Positions 59,989 to 64,000 of a stretch of DNA of 64,000 nucleotides are shown here, one piece after another. The first letter of the stretch is position 1; every line of letters begins with the position of its first letter. The stretch comes from Takakia lepidozioides. Its lineage: Eukaryota; Plantae; Bryophyta. Under the pieces are notes generated by a model. The model saw only the letters and a program-made list of their open reading frames with translations. It did no database searches and was not told the origin of the DNA. A program made the position numbers and the translations under genes. Location: assembly GCA_030704615.1 (NCBI GenBank), contig CM060731.1, forward strand, positions 28,892,001 through 28,956,000, in the 5' to 3' direction.

Positions 59989-62900
59989 TCACAACTTGCG
60001 TTCTACTTTGATGGGATACCCATCCTTGGGAAGTGGAAACGTAAGCCACACAATTCCTGGCTCAAGAGGGCCAACATGCTTCCATCTGCAAGGAACAAGA
60101 GAACATTGAAACATTTAGCCTAGGCAACATTGCGTTATTCTCGATTCATCACAGCTAAGTTTCATAGTTGTGGACACACTTGTGGGAAACAAGGCGGACA
60201 TACCGGAAATTCAATACAAAATGGTGCATAAATATGAGAGCTTCAATCTTGTTGAGCTCATTGCCCAAACACACGTGGTTGCCACTACCAAATGGGACGA
60301 ATGTGTTGGGCATTGGAGTTGTCTGCACATGACAATTTACAACGTCTATCCCACATCAAAACAAAATATTCACTATTGTTTGTACTGAACAAACTGATGG
60401 ATTTGCACTTACACACTAACGATCCTCACACGACAATGTGATTCACGGAGCATTCAACATGTATATTATTTAACAAATGAGCTATGTAGATCATCAACAT
60501 TTAGCCCAGTGGTAAGGGTACGAGCCACCTCACTAATGATTGTGGATTCAAACTATATGTTGGATCTCATAAATGTGTCCCCTTTCCCACCGGAAAGTTG
60601 TTGCCCTTCGGGGTCAAGTGACACCACAAGTTACGTTTTCTTCGGCAACACACATTCATAATTTTTATTTTTTTGAATTTTGTATCTCACATGGTTGTGT
60701 AACGTGTCATACCTTGAAACGTGATGGATTGAAACTCCATGGATCTGGATATATGTTTGGGTTAAAGTGGAGACTACGAGTACTTGCCATGACAGTATAG
60801 CCTTTTGGGATTAGAAACTCTGCACAGCCAACAGATAATCAGATCCATTATTATAACAAACCGATCAACCTACACAAATTCAAGATCAAAACTCATACAA
60901 AACTTGTGGTTTACAAGTGTATTACGATGATGATGGAACAAAGAATTGTGGTACCATTGCATTCGACATCATCAAGAGCTTTACGAAATAATCCATCCAC
61001 GATTGTTGGATTCCTCAAAGTCTCTTGTATAACCTGCTGGAATCCACTCTATGTTGTTAATGAATCATTACACGGCTTCTTGCATAATCCAAATGCATTC
61101 ATACTTCTTTACAAATTCAAAAAAAAAATGACGCCGCTTGAAAAGAAACAAAAATTATGGTGTTTTTTCATCTTGAGAAGATACTAGTTTTAGTTGGAAG
61201 GTGGACACTTTGAACCCTAAATCACTTAGGTTATGCATAGGCAAAGCACAAACTCCCAACCAATGGGCTACCTAATCTAGTACGGTACGCATCCACCTAA
61301 TTAAATAGCTAGGCCATTGTTTGAAACTTAAAAGGATAGAAGAAGGAAGACTCTTGTCAAAGTAAATGTAACTCATGGTGCCACTTCATCCCCGAGGGAC
61401 TACTTGTCATTTGGAAGGTAGACACCTTGTAACTGCCGTAACCAGAGCAACACGATTGCTCATCCCTCCCTAAGACTTCAAAGTCCCATGGTACCCACAC
61501 ATTAAGTAATCAGCTGACCGAGTTAACCAGTGTTGGGCGGTTCTCTGGTTTTGGGTAGAACCTGCAGGGTAGGTTCTATCTTGTGGAAGGTAAATAGAGA
61601 ACCTTCGGGCCGGGTACTTAAAAACATGGACAGTTAGAGAATCTACGGTGTAGGGTATATCTTTGAGTTACATTTTTCACGGGTATGTTTTATACCGGTT
61701 CTTTAATGCAATTATCCGCCAAATCCGGTGCTCAGGTATATGGGAAGAGAACCGTATAGAGAACCAAGAGATGACCCGGTTCCGAGTCCCGGTTCTGAGT
61801 TCAAAAGTTATTATGGACAGAATAAATAAAAAATGTGCATGTATGAGATGGCCACAATTGTCAATAATTAAGCTCATTTTCTAGCACAACTAACACTAAA
61901 CTTCCTCTAGATTGCACTGTTGGCTGTTGGCATTCAGTTCTAGCATTATCACTACCCTTCTTCTTCCTCAGGGCTTCCACGCTAACCTTAGATAACCGCC
62001 CTTATACCCAGGGTATGTGTCGGGGGCAATTACCCTTACTCATTCCAACTCGCGGGTCAGGTTTTTATGGATACTAGCTATTAGAGAACCCCCGGTTCGG
62101 TGAAGTTCACGGGTAAATAGATTTTGGTATCTGCCGGTTCAATCTTGACTAAGGTATTTGAAATTTTAATACCCGAGGTTAAGGGGGAATATACCTAGGA
62201 CCGGAATTGGCGGTTCTTTCACCCAAAACCAGAGAACCGCCCAACACTGGAGTTAACCCCTTTCCATGGTAAAGTTTGTCATAATGGGTGACATCCAACA
62301 TAAACCTATGTGGCTAATTCGAATCCACTACCCATTTGTAAGGTTGTATTGTGCCCTAACCACGAGGGCATCTGTCGATGCTCAAAGGTTGGAAATTAGC
62401 TGCTAGTTTTTTCTAAAATCAATAGCATTCTAGTCTCTTACGTCCCAACCACACCAATAGTTACATGGCAACCGTATTAAACTTTGCTAAATAGGCCAAC
62501 TTTTGAGAGATATTCTAGCTAATTAGCCCACGAGGAGCCGTACTCAGAGTTAGTTACTAAAATCAGTTGTTTTGGCCACCTGCCCGAAGTGCCCGCACAA
62601 CTCTCATCTCTTCAAGAATGTACATAGGACCTTCATCGCGGGCAACTGCCCAAAACTTAGTAGAGGGTTAGATTTAGTTGCACATGAGTCTTGGTCAATT
62701 AGAGCTAACTAGGTTTTAACTTAGTGAAATAGGTCCAGTATTAAAGATAGCTACTGTTAATTACAACATACCATGCCCGTAGCCAATTGGTTAGGCCGGG
62801 GCCATAGAAGAAGAAGAAATGTGCAATGATTCTAGATAACTGAGCATGAACAAAATTTCGATATTGCCCTGAAGGTTACTATTATCATCCAAAGATGCAG

Positions 62901-63067
62901 CCTTTGCATAAAGAAATGTGTGTGTATCACCATGTGTTGAATATACAAATGCCCACTTCTCATTAAGTTCCCATTACCTGTGTCGTGTAGGTCATCTTTT
63001 TGAGGTCTTGCATTGTGAGGGGATCATCGGATGATGTTTTGCTATCCTGAATCGCTTGCTGTTCAGC
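59989..63067 (-). CDS. Cytochrome P450, CYP85 clan; last five exons only
   Basis: Exons 62978-63067 (AEQQAI...LTMQDLKKMTYTTQ, 90 bp), 60955-61033 (VIQETLR, 79 bp), 60713-60819 (FLIPKG...FNPSRF, 107 bp), 60204-60322 (PFGSGNHVCLG heme motif) and 59989-60085 (WKHVG...FPLPKDGYPIKV*). All junctions are GT-AG and in phase. Upstream exons were not identified in the window. Confidence 0.9.
60500..60655 (+). mobile_element. tRNA-derived SINE (family A) in a P450 intron
   Basis: TAGCCCAGTGGTAAG...GGATTCAAAC head. The body GTCAAGTGACACCACAAGTTACG is shared with the 13454 copy. Confidence 0.65.
61528..62249. mobile_element. Non-autonomous hAT element (MITE) in a P450 intron
   Basis: Perfect 29-bp TIRs CAGTGTTGGGCGGTTCTCTGGTTTTGGGT and a perfect 8-bp TSD GAGTTAAC (61520-61527, 62250-62257). 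It shares its terminal 15 bp with the 10656 element. Confidence 0.93.
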
Positions 63068-64000
63068 CTGTAGGTTATTACCAAGTTTAATCAGTTGAGT
63101 GTTAGTGGCCGGAAGAAAGTGTCTGTCTAATACAAATTAGAACAACTTGTACCAAGTCATTTTTCATATATCTATACATCCATCCCATGTATCCAAGCCA
63201 ACTCATTAGCCATAAAACTAATTGAACGAAGTGTCGCAATCGATCGTAAAATCACCGCCAATTGTTTTTGTCAGTACTAGGTTCTTCTAGTATTTCGTAT
63301 AATATTCGTATTTTGAATACTACTGCCCGAGTTCACACGTTCTTAAACGGCGGAAGGGCCTCATCAGCATCCCTTCCACGACGTAAAAGAAACCAACGCA
63401 CCCACTCACCGCCTCCCCAAAATCGTTATCTTTCGAATTCTGTAAGGCTCTAGGTGTCTTATGCTAGACATAAGGTACGTTCTCCTGTTAAAATGACAAC
63501 TTCACGTCTCAGAAGGTAATGACTTTAACCCTTAACCCCTAAAGGACAAGGGCCAATTTTTGCCAAGACCTCAAAAACTGGACCCTGGCCCTCTAAACCA
63601 TTTATATCTTGAGATTTACTAAGGCCCTGTAAAACTAACCGTTGGAATATACTCTCAACTACCCCACCTAGGACCACAAAAATCCCCGTCTAAATCCAAC
63701 CAGCAGAACCAAAGAATATAATGTCTAAAGTGGTGAAAAAACAAAAAAAAAACATGAAGTAAATAGGGAAAAAAAAAGTGCTTTTTCTATCGAATTTCCC
63801 ATCTGCAAACTGGTTTGACATGACACTCTCCAGAATCTGGTGCCCTGTCATATAAGACACCTTCCCTGCAAATTTCATCTTTTTCTGACATAATCTCAGG
63901 TGGGCTGCTTTGTATGCTAAAAATGGGGGGTCAAATTTGGGGTTTTCCTTCGGGCAGGCAAAAAGGTTTGTTCAGAAAATTGAGGAAATTTTTTGAGCCA

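Noticed and set aside
63525-63545. TTAACCCT piggyBac-like end
   Set aside because: No matching right end within the window.
63690-63878. 62-aa ORF as a possible P450 I-helix exon
   Set aside because: It lacks the AGx[DE]T motif and has no compatible splice sites to the 63067 exon.

Overview
Repeat-rich nuclear DNA from a land plant, most likely a seed-free lineage. That placement is inferred from a Tcn1-like chromovirus gag, RTE-X LINEs and a tandem cyclic-nucleotide-binding protein of the type seen in flagellated-sperm lineages. Five spliced host genes can be reconstructed, mostly invisible to the ORF track: an RTNLB18/21-type reticulon (+, 3583-8934), an R2R3-MYB of the MYB98/64/119 (FGMYB) clade (+, ~27879-32032), a two-CNB-domain protein (+, ~33432-47485), a TPX2-like protein (-, 48503-51759) and the last five exons of a CYP85-clan P450 (-, 59989-63067). 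There is also an MTP1-type pseudogene fragment. Mobile DNA includes a decayed full-length Ty1/copia with a nested CACTA, a PIF/Harbinger, two hAT MITEs, several L1 fragments, tRNA-derived SINEs and a dense stack of RTE-X 3' ends. The most unusual signals are: (1) a 1,382-bp TG...CA, PBS-flanked LTR that is one giant fold-back, with its terminal 7-mers repeated at the apex (55414-56795); (2) a conserved small +1-frame ORF overlapping the end of ORF2 in three divergent L1 copies; (3) RTE-X copies stacked on each other's (CATTT)n tails inside the CNB gene; (4) an FGMYB-like gene directly upstream of a candidate sperm cAMP-effector gene. All calls come from reading the sequence by eye; no searches were run.
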